From Actinomycetota bacterium (lineage in GTDB: Bacteria; Actinomycetota; AC-67): 64,000 nucleotides of DNA. How positions within the stretch are numbered: the first letter of the stretch is position 1; each line of letters starts with the position of its first letter. The notes below the pieces were generated by a model that saw only the letters and a program-made list of their open reading frames with translations, had not been told where the DNA came from and made no database searches. Of this stretch, positions 44,739-54,006 are shown piece by piece. The translations under genes and the position numbers were made by a program. Location: contig JBKKCR010000084.1 in NCBI GenBank assembly GCA_046712825.1, positions 2,492 to 66,491 on the forward strand, written 5' to 3'.

Positions 44739-47700
44739 TTGTCGGCCAGGTGGGCGCAGGCGATGTCTTTCGGAGAGACCGGCGAGAGCCCCGGAAGGGC
44801 TCCCTCGTTGTTTAGACTCCTTGGGCCGATGAACTGCCCGTCCTGCACGGCAACGAACCCCGACGACGCTTCCTTCTGCGGGAGCTGCGGGACGCCGCTC
44901 GCACCCGAAGGCCCCTGTCCGCGGTGCAACCGGACGAATCCACTCGATCTGAAGTTCTGCCGGGGATGCGGGTACCGGCTCGGCGCCGCCGAGCCTGCAC
45001 GGCAACCCAGTCTTCCCTCCGCGTTCGCGGGAGGCCGGTACAAGGTCGAGCGCTTCCTCGGCGAGGGGGGCCGCAAGCGGGTGTTCCTCGCTCACGACTC
45101 GCGACTCGAGCGCGACGTCGCGCTGGCGCTCATCAAGACCGAGGGGCTCGACCAATCCGGGCTCGACCGGGTCCGCTTCGAGGCGCAGGCGATGGCCCGC
45201 CTCGGGGACCATCAGAACATCGTGACCGTCTTCGACGTGGTGGAGGAGGACGGCTCTATGTATCTGGTGTGTCAGTACATGAGCGGCGGATCGGTTGAAG
45301 ATCTCATCGCCGCCGCGGACGGCCGCGGGCTGCCCTTGGAAGACACGGTGCGCATCGGCGGCCAGGTCGCGCACGCCCTCGAGCACGCGCACGGCCGTGG
45401 CGTCGTCCACCGGGATGTGAAGCCGGGGAACGTTTGGCTCCAAGAGAACGGCAGCGCACGTCTGGGCGACTTCGGGCTCGCGGTCGCCCTCGACCGATCG
45501 CGGCTCACCGCGGAGGGCATGATGCTCGGCACCGTCGCGTACATGGCGCCGGAGCAAGCCATGGGGCGGCCCCCCGACGCCCGGAGCGACCTGTATTCGC
45601 TCGGCGCGATGCTCTACGAGATGCTGACCGGACGTCCGCCGTTCCTCGGCGACGAAGCCGTCGCGATCATCTCGCAGCACATCGGTACCGCTCCGGTCGC
45701 GCCGTCGTGGCACACCCCCGACGTACCACCGGCCCTCGAGCGGTTGGTGCTGGGATTGCTCGCGAAGGATCCCGAGAAGCGGCTCCAGTCGGCGACCGAG
45801 GTCCGCGACGCGCTCGTCAAGATCGCGACGGCCACCACCACGGCCGGTCCATCCGCCGCGGCGCGCGAGGAGGCGAACCCGCTCGACCGGCTCGCCGGCG
45901 GCGTCTTCGTCGGGCGCGAACGAGAGATGGACGATCTACGCGCCGGCTTGGACGACGCGCTCTCGGGTCGAGGACGTCTCTTGCTCCTCATGGGAGAGCC
46001 GGGGATCGGCAAGACGCGCATGGCCGACGAGCTCACCACCTACGCCAGGTTGCGCGGCGCGCAGGTCTTGGTGGGTCGCTGCTACGAAGGCGAAGGCGCG
46101 CCGGCGTACTGGCCGTGGGTCCAGGTGATCCGCGCGTTCATCCACGACCGCGACGCCGCGGCGCTCACGTCGGTCATGGGCACCGGCGCGCCGGAGATCG
46201 CCCAGATCGTTTCGGACGTTCGCGAACGGATCCCGGACCTGCCCGAGCCGCCGGCGCTCGACCCAGAGCAAGCCCGGTTCCGCCTCTTCGATGCGATCGC
46301 AACGTTCCTCAAGAGCGCCTCCCGCGCGCAGCCGCTCGTGATCGTGCTCGACGACCTGCATTGGGCCGACAAGCCGACGCTGCTATTGCTCCAATTCCTC
46401 GCGCGAGAGCTGCGCTCGAGCAGGCTGCTGGTGCTCGGCACCTATCGGGATGTGGAGCTCCGGCGCCAGCATCCGCTGGCTCAGGCACTCGCCGAGCTCG
46501 CCCGCGAGCAGGTGAGCCAGCGGGTGATATTGCGAGGGCTCATGGTGGACGACGTAGCGCGCTTCATCGAGATGACGTGCGGCGTGCAACCCCCGCCCGA
46601 GCTCGTTCGAGCGGTTCACCGCGAGACGGAGGGAAACCCGTTCTTCGTCGCGGAGATCGTGCGTCTCCTCGCCAGCGAAGGGAAATTCGAGGATCCCGGG
46701 GAGAGCTCGTGGAGTCTGAGCATCCCTCAGAGCGTGCGGGAGGTGATCGGCCGCCGGCTCGATCAGCTCTCGGAGAAGACCAACGCGCTGCTGTCTATCG
46801 CTGCCGTCGCCGGGCGCGAGTTTCCGCTCGGGGTCGTTCAAGCGGTGAGCGACCTCGATCCGGCATCGGTGATGGACGCGGTCGACGAGGCACGCGCCGC
46901 TCGTGTGATCGGAGAGGCGCCTCGATCGGTTGATCGTTACATCTTCTCGCACGCGTTGATCCGCGAGACCTTGTACGAGGAGATCCCGACGACGCGCCGC
47001 GTGATGCTCCATCGGCGGATGGGTGAGACGCTCGAGATGCTGTACGGGGAACGCAACACCGCGAATCTTTCGGAGCTTGCTTACCACTTCCTCGAGGCCG
47101 CTCCGGGCGGGGACGTCGGCAAGGCCATCGACTACGCGAGCGCCGCGGCGAAGCGTGCGACCGAGCTTCTCGCCTACGAGGAAGCGGCGCGTCACTACCA
47201 GAGGGCCATCGAGGCGATGTCGCTGCTCGAAACGCCCGACGAGGCTCTGCGGTGCCGGTTCTTGCTGGCGCTCGGCGACGCGCAGCGACGGTCCGGCGAC
47301 GTCGACGCCGCCCGAGCGGCCTTCTTCGACGCGGCAGCCCGCTCTCGCAAGATCGGCGACGCACCCTCCCTCGCCGAAGCGGCGATCGGCTTGCAAGCCG
47401 GTGCCGCGTTCGGTCAGGTGGACGAGAAGCGAGTGGTGATCCTCGAGCAGGCGATCGAGGCGATCGGCGAAAACGATCTCGCGCTCCGTTCTCGTCTCCT
47501 CGGCCACCTGGCTCGCGCGCTGTACTTCTCCGACGATTTCGAGCCCGTGCGCGCGTTGGGCGATCAGACTGTGGCCGTGGCCGAGTCGGCCGATGATCCG
47601 GTGGCGCTCGCCGAGGCGCTCAGTACTCGCGCGTACGTCTTGTGGGCGGTCGAGCCGCCTGAGGCTCGTGAGGCGGCCGGCGGCAGGATCGCCGACATCG

Positions 47701-49223
47701 CTCGCCGCGTCGGTGATGTCGAGCTCGAGCTGGACGGGTTGATGTGGCGGATCATCGCGTTCACCGATATGGGTGACCTCGCCCGCTCGAAGGCGGCGAT
47801 CGACGAATACACCCGAGTTGCGGAGGCGTCCCACATCCCCCGGTACCGGCTGTACGCCCTCTCCCGACAAGCGATGCTCGCCTCCGTTTTCGGACGCTTC
47901 GAGGAGGCGGAACGGCTCTCACTCGAGGCGTTCCGGATCGGCACCAACGCACAGGAGCCGGACGCCATCCAAGTGCGGGCTGGACAGGCATTCGCCAACG
48001 CCTTCGCCACCGGGAACCGTGAGACCATGGCCTGGTCCCAGCAGTCGCTCAAGACCTATGCGGCGACGTACTCAGCCCGGCAACCCTGGACGCGCGTGTT
48101 CGTGTCCCTGGGCGCCTACAGACTCGGCGACACCGCCGAGGCGGTCCGGGAGTTCGACAGAGCCTTCGCCGAAGGTTTGGTGACCCTTCCCGCGCAAGGC
48201 GTGTCGTCCGGGATGATGCTCGCGACGGCGGCCGTGCTCTGCGGACTCTTGGATCGACCCGAAGAGGCGGAGCAGATCGAACCGCTGATCCGGCCCTTCG
48301 AGAAGCGGGTGATCATGGGGGCAGGCGCTGTGTTCTGCAACGGGGTGGGCGCCCGCTATCTCGGGATCCTCGCGACGGTTCGCGGACGTTACGACGAGGC
48401 CGACCGGTTCTTCCGTTGGGGGGTTGATCGTTGCCGGTCGATGGGCGCGCGGCCCTGGGTAGCCGAGATCCTTCACGATCACGCCACGATGCTGCTTGCC
48501 CGCCGCGGGGCCGGCGACGTGGACGAGGCGATTCGCCACCTGGACGGGGCCCTGGAGATAGCGAAAGAGCTCGGGATGTCGCCGCTCGCCGAACGAGCTC
48601 TCCAGCAGAAGATGAGCGCGCAAGGCATGGTGCTCCCCACCGACATCAAGAGCTCGATCGACCGTGTCGCCTCATCGTTGGAGCGCGAACGCCCGAACCT
48701 TCGCAGCCACGCGGCACCGGACGGCACGGTTACCTTGCTCTTCACCGACATCGAGGGTTCCACCGCACTGAACGAACAGGTCGGCGACCGGCGGTGGATC
48801 GAGTTGCTCCGCATGCACAACGCGATCGTGCGCGAGCAGGTCGCCGCGCAGGGTGGGTTCGAGGTGAAATCCTCGGGCGACGGATTCATGGTCGCGTTCT
48901 CCTCGGCGCGACGTGCGGTCGCTTGCGCGGTCGAGGTCCAACGCGCGCTCGCCGAGCACGCGGACAAGGCTCCCGACGACGGGATCCGTGTGCGCATCGG
49001 CTTGCACACCGGTGAGGCGATCGCGGAGGAGGGCGACTTCTACGGACGACACGTCAACCTCGCGGCCCGGGTCGGCGCCGCGGCCGAGGGAGGCGAGATC
49101 CTCGTTTCATCCTTGCTGCGAGAGCTCACGGCCTCCAGCAAAGAGTTCGAGTTCGGCGAGGCGCGCGACGTTCAGCTCAAAGGCCTTACCGGCACGCATC
49201 GGCTCTACCCGGTGAGGTGGTGA
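44739..49223 (+). CDS. multidomain signalling protein: double zinc-ribbon, Ser/Thr protein kinase, STAND/AAA NTPase, TPR-like region, C-terminal class III adenylate/guanylate cyclase (1494 aa)
   Basis: N-terminal CPSC...CGSC and CPRC...CRGC. Kinase motifs HRDVKPGN, DFG and APE. P-loop GEPGIGKTRMA with hhhhDD Walker B (LVIVLDDLHW). Long helical TPR-like middle region. C-terminal cyclase (VTLLFTDIEGSTAL, GDGFMVAF, RVRIGLHTGEA). An alternative start at ATG 44829 (MNCPSC) is possible. Confidence 0.9.
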   Translation: MSARWAQAMSFGETGESPGRAPSLFRLLGPMNCPSCTATNPDDASFCGSCGTPLAPEGPCPRCNRTNPLDLKFCRGCGYRLGAAEPARQPSLPSAFAGGRYKVERFLGEGGRKRVFLAHDSRLERDVALALIKTEGLDQSGLDRVRFEAQAMARLGDHQNIVTVFDVVEEDGSMYLVCQYMSGGSVEDLIAAADGRGLPLEDTVRIGGQVAHALEHAHGRGVVHRDVKPGNVWLQENGSARLGDFGLAVALDRSRLTAEGMMLGTVAYMAPEQAMGRPPDARSDLYSLGAMLYEMLTGRPPFLGDEAVAIISQHIGTAPVAPSWHTPDVPPALERLVLGLLAKDPEKRLQSATEVRDALVKIATATTTAGPSAAAREEANPLDRLAGGVFVGREREMDDLRAGLDDALSGRGRLLLLMGEPGIGKTRMADELTTYARLRGAQVLVGRCYEGEGAPAYWPWVQVIRAFIHDRDAAALTSVMGTGAPEIAQIVSDVRERIPDLPEPPALDPEQARFRLFDAIATFLKSASRAQPLVIVLDDLHWADKPTLLLLQFLARELRSSRLLVLGTYRDVELRRQHPLAQALAELAREQVSQRVILRGLMVDDVARFIEMTCGVQPPPELVRAVHRETEGNPFFVAEIVRLLASEGKFEDPGESSWSLSIPQSVREVIGRRLDQLSEKTNALLSIAAVAGREFPLGVVQAVSDLDPASVMDAVDEARAARVIGEAPRSVDRYIFSHALIRETLYEEIPTTRRVMLHRRMGETLEMLYGERNTANLSELAYHFLEAAPGGDVGKAIDYASAAAKRATELLAYEEAARHYQRAIEAMSLLETPDEALRCRFLLALGDAQRRSGDVDAARAAFFDAAARSRKIGDAPSLAEAAIGLQAGAAFGQVDEKRVVILEQAIEAIGENDLALRSRLLGHLARALYFSDDFEPVRALGDQTVAVAESADDPVALAEALSTRAYVLWAVEPPEAREAAGGRIADIARRVGDVELELDGLMWRIIAFTDMGDLARSKAAIDEYTRVAEASHIPRYRLYALSRQAMLASVFGRFEEAERLSLEAFRIGTNAQEPDAIQVRAGQAFANAFATGNRETMAWSQQSLKTYAATYSARQPWTRVFVSLGAYRLGDTAEAVREFDRAFAEGLVTLPAQGVSSGMMLATAAVLCGLLDRPEEAEQIEPLIRPFEKRVIMGAGAVFCNGVGARYLGILATVRGRYDEADRFFRWGVDRCRSMGARPWVAEILHDHATMLLARRGAGDVDEAIRHLDGALEIAKELGMSPLAERALQQKMSAQGMVLPTDIKSSIDRVASSLERERPNLRSHAAPDGTVTLLFTDIEGSTALNEQVGDRRWIELLRMHNAIVREQVAAQGGFEVKSSGDGFMVAFSSARRAVACAVEVQRALAEHADKAPDDGIRVRIGLHTGEAIAEEGDFYGRHVNLAARVGAAAEGGEILVSSLLRELTASSKEFEFGEARDVQLKGLTGTHRLYPVRW

Positions 49224-49882
49224 TGACCCAGGGCTTCGTCGCCGCGCTGGAGCCGGGCGACCTCGAGGCGCTGACGGCGTGGGGACGCGCGCGGCGTTTC
49301 CGTCGCGGAGCGATCCTCTTCCACGAAGGCGAAGGTGCCGAGCACGTCCTCATCGTTCGAGCCGGCCGCGTGAAAGTTTCGAGCTTCACCGCCGACGGCA
49401 GGGAGGTGGTCCTCGCGGTTCGCGGGCCCGGCGAGCTGCTCGGGGAGCTCTCCGCTATCGATGGTGAGCCGCGTTCGGCCTCGGCGAGCGCGCTCGAGCA
49501 GGTCGACGTGCTGAGCGTGCCGGCCGAAGACTTCCGCGCCTTCCTGGAGATGCGTCCGCGCGTCACCGTATCGCTCATGCAGATGCTCTCCCGGAAGCTC
49601 CGCGACGCCGACCGGAAACGCATCGAGTTCGGCGCGCACGACACCGTTGGGCGCGTTTGCCACCGGCTGGTCGAGCTCGCAGAGCGTTTCGGAGAAGAGT
49701 CCACGCGCGGGCTCCGCATCACGCTCCCGCTGTCGCAGCAAGAGCTCGCCGGATGGACCGGCGCGTCCAGGGAGGCCGTGAGCAAGGCGCTCCACCAGCT
49801 CCGATCGCGCGGCTACATCGAGACCGCGCGCCGCGGGATCACCGTCCTCGACATGCCGGCGCTCCGTCGCCGCGCGATGTGA
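49217..49882 (+). CDS. Crp/Fnr family transcriptional regulator (cNMP-binding domain plus HTH)
   Basis: cNMP-binding beta-roll (ILFHEGEGAEHVLIVRAGRVKV...GELLGELSAIDGEPRSASA) and C-terminal HTH (LSQQELAGWTGASREAVSKALHQLRSRGYI). Start GTG 49217 or ATG 49220 overlaps the kinase-cyclase stop. Confidence 0.85.
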   Translation: MVMTQGFVAALEPGDLEALTAWGRARRFRRGAILFHEGEGAEHVLIVRAGRVKVSSFTADGREVVLAVRGPGELLGELSAIDGEPRSASASALEQVDVLSVPAEDFRAFLEMRPRVTVSLMQMLSRKLRDADRKRIEFGAHDTVGRVCHRLVELAERFGEESTRGLRITLPLSQQELAGWTGASREAVSKALHQLRSRGYIETARRGITVLDMPALRRRAM

Positions 49883-49895
49883 AGGGAGACCATCG

Positions 49896-50603
49896 ATGGC
49901 AGAGCTCGGCACGATCCTCGGCGTCTGGGCGCATCCCGACGACGAGACGTACCTGACCGCCGGGCTCATGGCTCGAGCGGCGGACGACGGCGATCGGGTC
50001 GTGTGCGTGACGGCGACGAAGGGCGAAGGCGGCTCCTGGGACGAGAAGCGCTGGCCGTCGGAGACGATGGGCCGGGTGCGAGACGCCGAGCTGATGGAGT
50101 CGCTGCGCATCCTCGGCGTGAAGGAGCACCACTGGCTCGGCTACATCGACGGTTCGTGCGCTGATGTTCCTCCCGAGGAAGCTACGGCGAAGGTGCAAGC
50201 GATCATGGAAGAGGTGTCACCGGACTCCGTCTTCACGTTCGGGCCCGACGGGATGACCGATCACGCCGATCACAAGGCCGTCTGCGCCTGGACGACTGAG
50301 GCCTTCCGACGCTCGGGGAAGCCGGGGGCGAAGCTCTATTACGCGACGACCACCAAGGAGTGGGCGGAGGAGTTCGTTCCTCGCATGAACAAATTCAATG
50401 TGTTCGCTCCCGGATTGCCGCCGGTCAGTCCGCCGGACGAGCTGGCGATCGACTTCGCGCTCGATCCCGACCTGATGGACCGCAAGCTGCAGGCGATCGA
50501 GGCGCACGTGTCGCAGGTCGAGTACATGCTTCGCTACTTCGGCGCAGACTTCTTCCGTGAGGCGCACAAGATCGAGCTGTTCCGGCTCGCAGAGTCTCGG
50601 TGA
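49896..50603 (+). CDS. PIG-L family (LmbE-like) N-acetylglucosaminyl deacetylase
   Basis: VWAHPDDE and HxDH (DHADH) motifs. Confidence 0.85.
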   Translation: MAELGTILGVWAHPDDETYLTAGLMARAADDGDRVVCVTATKGEGGSWDEKRWPSETMGRVRDAELMESLRILGVKEHHWLGYIDGSCADVPPEEATAKVQAIMEEVSPDSVFTFGPDGMTDHADHKAVCAWTTEAFRRSGKPGAKLYYATTTKEWAEEFVPRMNKFNVFAPGLPPVSPPDELAIDFALDPDLMDRKLQAIEAHVSQVEYMLRYFGADFFREAHKIELFRLAESR

Positions 50604-50641
50604 GCGTGGGTTGGGCTCGGACTGGGTAGGGGAACGAGGTT

Positions 50642-52042
50642 ATGCCTAGGAAGCGCCGACCCCCGCCGGAGGAGACCGTCGCGAGCGAGTTCTCCGCCGA
50701 GCTCGAGCCGCACATAGGCGAGCTCGACGGGGTCGAGATCATCTGCGGGATCCCATCGTTCAACAACGTCCGAACGATCCCCAACGTCGTCCGCGCCGTA
50801 GAGGCCGGGCTGCGCCGGGCCTTCCCCGGCGTCTCGGCCGCCATCGTCGTGTCGGACGGCGGATCCGAGGACGGCACCGTCGCTGCCGCGATGGAAGCAT
50901 CGACCGGTCCCGACGAAGAGTTCCTGCTGATCGATCCGAAGGCGCCTTCGCCGAAGCGGCTCGCCCTCCGGTACCGCGGGATCTCCGGGAAGGGAAGCGC
51001 GTTCCGGACGCTGTTCTCCGTCGTCGAGACGGTCGGCGCCCGGGCGTGCGCCGTCTTCGACTCGGATCTCCGCTCGATCACGCCGCAGTGGGTCGAGTCG
51101 CTGTTGCGGCCGGTGCTCGTGAACGGACACGACTTCGTCGCGCCGATGTACGCGCGCCACAAGTACGACGGAACGATAACCAACGCGATCGCGTTCCCAC
51201 TGACGTCCGCGCTCTACGGGTCGCTCGTCCGCCAGCCGATCGGCGGAGAGTTCGGCTTCTCAGGCCGGATGGCCGCGAGCTGGGCGCACCGCGACGTCTG
51301 GGGCACCGACGTCGCCCGGTACGGCATCGACATCTGGATGACCACGACGGCGATCGTCGAAGGCTTCCGCGTTTGTCAGACGCAGCTGGGCGCGAAGGTC
51401 CACGATGCGAAAGACCCCGGGACGCATCTCGGCCCGATGTTCCGGCAAGTCGTCGGATCGCTGTTCGCCCTCGCCGGCCGGTACTCCGACCGATGGAGCG
51501 ACGTCGAGGACATGACGCCGGTCCCCACGTATGGCTTCCGCGCCGCGACGTCGGCCGAGGAGATCCGCATCAAGGCCGGGCGGCTCACCTGGCGCTTCAT
51601 CGAGGGATACATGAAGTACGAGAAACTCTGGCGCGACGTCCTTTCGGCCGAGACGCTCAACGCGGTGGTGCGGGCGACGGACGAAGCCGCCGAGAAGACC
51701 GAGGGTTTCGTGCTCCCAGCCGACCTGTGGGCGCACATCGTCTACGACTACTTGGTAGCGTTCAGTGCCGCGGAGTTCGACTCGTCGGTGCTTCTAGACT
51801 CGATGATCCCGCTTTACTTCGCACGGACGGCGACGTTCGTGCAGGAAGCCTCCGGCGACGATCAGTACGCGGCTGAGGAGCGTATAGGCCGGTACGCCGA
51901 CCTCTTCCTCGAACGCAAGCCCTATCTGCTCCGCCGCTGGGCCGAAGCGGGTGTCCAGCGCACCCTCGCCGAGCAGACGGTTCCGCCTGCGGGCATCGAG
52001 GCGTCGGAAACCTCGGAGATGCTCGGCGCCCAGTCCGACTGA
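50642..52042 (+). CDS. GT-A fold glycosyltransferase, mannosylglycerate-synthase (GT78)-like with C-terminal helical domain
   Basis: IICGIPSFNN...VVSDGGSEDGT, DSDL (DxD), and HDFVAPMYARHKYDGTITNAI resembling the MGS segment VRHYFPRASTDAMIT. Similarity judged from memory of MGS. Confidence 0.7.
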   Translation: MPRKRRPPPEETVASEFSAELEPHIGELDGVEIICGIPSFNNVRTIPNVVRAVEAGLRRAFPGVSAAIVVSDGGSEDGTVAAAMEASTGPDEEFLLIDPKAPSPKRLALRYRGISGKGSAFRTLFSVVETVGARACAVFDSDLRSITPQWVESLLRPVLVNGHDFVAPMYARHKYDGTITNAIAFPLTSALYGSLVRQPIGGEFGFSGRMAASWAHRDVWGTDVARYGIDIWMTTTAIVEGFRVCQTQLGAKVHDAKDPGTHLGPMFRQVVGSLFALAGRYSDRWSDVEDMTPVPTYGFRAATSAEEIRIKAGRLTWRFIEGYMKYEKLWRDVLSAETLNAVVRATDEAAEKTEGFVLPADLWAHIVYDYLVAFSAAEFDSSVLLDSMIPLYFARTATFVQEASGDDQYAAEERIGRYADLFLERKPYLLRRWAEAGVQRTLAEQTVPPAGIEASETSEMLGAQSD

Positions 52043-52109
52043 GCGCTACGCTTCGTCCAGCTCGGTTGTGACCAACCGGGCGGATCGCTTCCCCTGTGAG
52101 GAGGTCCGG

Positions 52110-52808
52110 ATGCGACGGCTCGTTCTCTGTGCGCTGGTCGTCGGCCTCCTGATCGGGGCAGATCCTTTGGCCGCCTCAGCCAACGACCCACCCATTGCAC
52201 AAGGGACCGGTGACATCACGCGGTCGGTCGACGAACTATGGGCAGATGTCGGCAAGATAGTCCCCGAATTCGGAGGGTTCTTCTACAGCCAGGAACAGCG
52301 CGCATTGAAGATCTATGTAACCGCACAGCGGCCGGGTATTGCGGAAGACCTGAGGGCCGCGCTCGAGAGTGTTTTCAAGTCGAACCTCGACGGCCAGTCT
52401 CTCGACAACATCGTCCTGCTCGAGGGGCGCTACGGCATGCTGCAGCTCATAGAGTGGCGCGATCGCATGCGCCGGGGAAGCATGATGTCGGTGCGTTGCG
52501 TGACCTCGATCGGATTCGCGGAACCCGAGAATAGGCTGCGCGTCAGAGTTGAGGGATTGGGCGCGAAACCACTTGTTGAGAGCAAGCTCGACGAGCTCGG
52601 CATTCCTCGAGAGGCAGTGATCATCAAGCAAGGCGTCGTACAGTTGCTCGGAGGCACATCCCCGCATCAATCGCCGGATCCTAGATGCGCTGCGCCAAAC
52701 AAGATGGGCGTTGTTTGGTGGGTCGGGGGAGCGGGCGCTCTGATCCTGGCGGCCGGAGTTGCTAGGTTGCTTTTCGCGAGACGTTCAGCGAAGCCTGTGC
52801 TGGCTTAG
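52110..52808 (+). CDS. hypothetical secreted protein with C-terminal membrane anchor, atypical (lower-GC) composition
   Basis: Strong SD (gaggagg) upstream of ATG 52110. Signal peptide LVLCALVVGLLIGADPLAASA and a C-terminal hydrophobic anchor (VVWWVGGAGALILAAGVARLLF). Codon third positions are noticeably A/T-richer than in neighbouring genes. Confidence 0.55.
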   Translation: MRRLVLCALVVGLLIGADPLAASANDPPIAQGTGDITRSVDELWADVGKIVPEFGGFFYSQEQRALKIYVTAQRPGIAEDLRAALESVFKSNLDGQSLDNIVLLEGRYGMLQLIEWRDRMRRGSMMSVRCVTSIGFAEPENRLRVRVEGLGAKPLVESKLDELGIPREAVIIKQGVVQLLGGTSPHQSPDPRCAAPNKMGVVWWVGGAGALILAAGVARLLFARRSAKPVLA

Positions 52809-53854
52809 AGGGTCGCGGCCTGCTCTTCTTCCTCGTCCGTCAAAGCCTTGACGTGCGCCGCGATCTGCTCCATCGGCGGGCGCTCGACCTCGATGCTGTT
52901 GTGGATCTCGATGCCGTCCGGTGAGGGACGCAGCAGTGGCGCGGCAGAGAAATCGATTCCGGAACGCATACGCCCCCGCTCTTCGGCCCGGCGCAGGATC
53001 GTTTTGCCGATCGTGTACGCCATCGGCCCCAGCTCGGCGAGCGACCGATTCCGGTGGATGCGCTCGTCGAGGTCGACCTGCGCCATCGCGTCGAGACCAA
53101 CGGTGTCGAGCAGGTCGATCAGCAGGCCGACTTCCACGCTGTACCCGGTGAAGAACGGCACGCGCTTGAGGACGTCGATGTGGCCGGCGTACTCGCCGGA
53201 CAGCGGCTGGATGAACCCGGACAGCTCGGGGAACAGCGCCGCCAGCATCGGACGGGCGAGGAGCTCGGTGACGCGGCCGCCCTCGTCGGGGATCAGCTCT
53301 TCCCCGCGCGCGATCGGGCGGCGGTAGAAGCCCTTGGTGAAGGAGATCGTCGGGTCGCTCAGGATCGGCGCGACGAGGCGCGTCACGAACCGCGTGGAGA
53401 AATTGCGGATGTCGGAGTCGACCCACACGACGATGTCGCCGGACACAACCGAAAGGCTCCGCCACAACGCTTCGCCCTTGCCGAGCACGACCGGCATCTC
53501 GGGGACGAGGTCGGAGATGTCGTGCACGATCGCGCCGGCCTCGGTCGCGATCTCGGGTGTGCCGTCCTCCGACGAGCAATCGACAACGAGCAACTCATCG
53601 ACGAGACCCGAGCCTTCGATCAGGTGTCGCTTGATCGTCGAGCAGATCGGACCGATCGTGGCAGCTTCGTTGAGCGCGGGAAGCACCACGCTGATGCGCT
53701 CGCCCGACGCGAGCTTGCGGGCGGCGAGCTCGCGGGCGCCCGGCAAGTTGCGCGATCCGAACGTGCGATGCCGGTGCCAGCGTTGCGCCAGGCCCGTGAG
53801 CCAAGGGAACTCGTAGGCTTCGTTCGAACCGGTCACCATGTCGTCCTCCGGCAA
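52805..53854 (-). CDS. gpgS: glucosyl-3-phosphoglycerate synthase (GpgS, GT81)
   Basis: ISVVLPALNEAATIG, DxD (VDSD) and overall collinearity with the mycobacterial GpgS family. Confidence 0.8.
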   Translation of the reverse strand: MPEDDMVTGSNEAYEFPWLTGLAQRWHRHRTFGSRNLPGARELAARKLASGERISVVLPALNEAATIGPICSTIKRHLIEGSGLVDELLVVDCSSEDGTPEIATEAGAIVHDISDLVPEMPVVLGKGEALWRSLSVVSGDIVVWVDSDIRNFSTRFVTRLVAPILSDPTISFTKGFYRRPIARGEELIPDEGGRVTELLARPMLAALFPELSGFIQPLSGEYAGHIDVLKRVPFFTGYSVEVGLLIDLLDTVGLDAMAQVDLDERIHRNRSLAELGPMAYTIGKTILRRAEERGRMRSGIDFSAAPLLRPSPDGIEIHNSIEVERPPMEQIAAHVKALTDEEEEQAATL

Positions 53855-54006
53855 GGCGGGCGGTGCTTGCGCGGCTTATCCCCTCCCTGGGTGATGCCCA
53901 AACTGGCAGCACCCGGGCGAAACGGCGCCTCAGGCTACGAGGAGCTTGCATCGTTGAGCAACGCGACCCACAGAGATACCGACGCTTCACGCGTTGTTAA
54001 TGTTCC

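Noticed and set aside
44739-49882. Pycsar/CBASS-like antiphage interpretation of cyclase plus cNMP-binding protein
   Set aside because: The cNMP-binding partner is a full Crp/Fnr transcription factor with an HTH, not a membrane/TIR/nuclease effector. The cyclase is embedded in a kinase-STAND regulatory protein. A housekeeping-type cAMP signalling role is more parsimonious.
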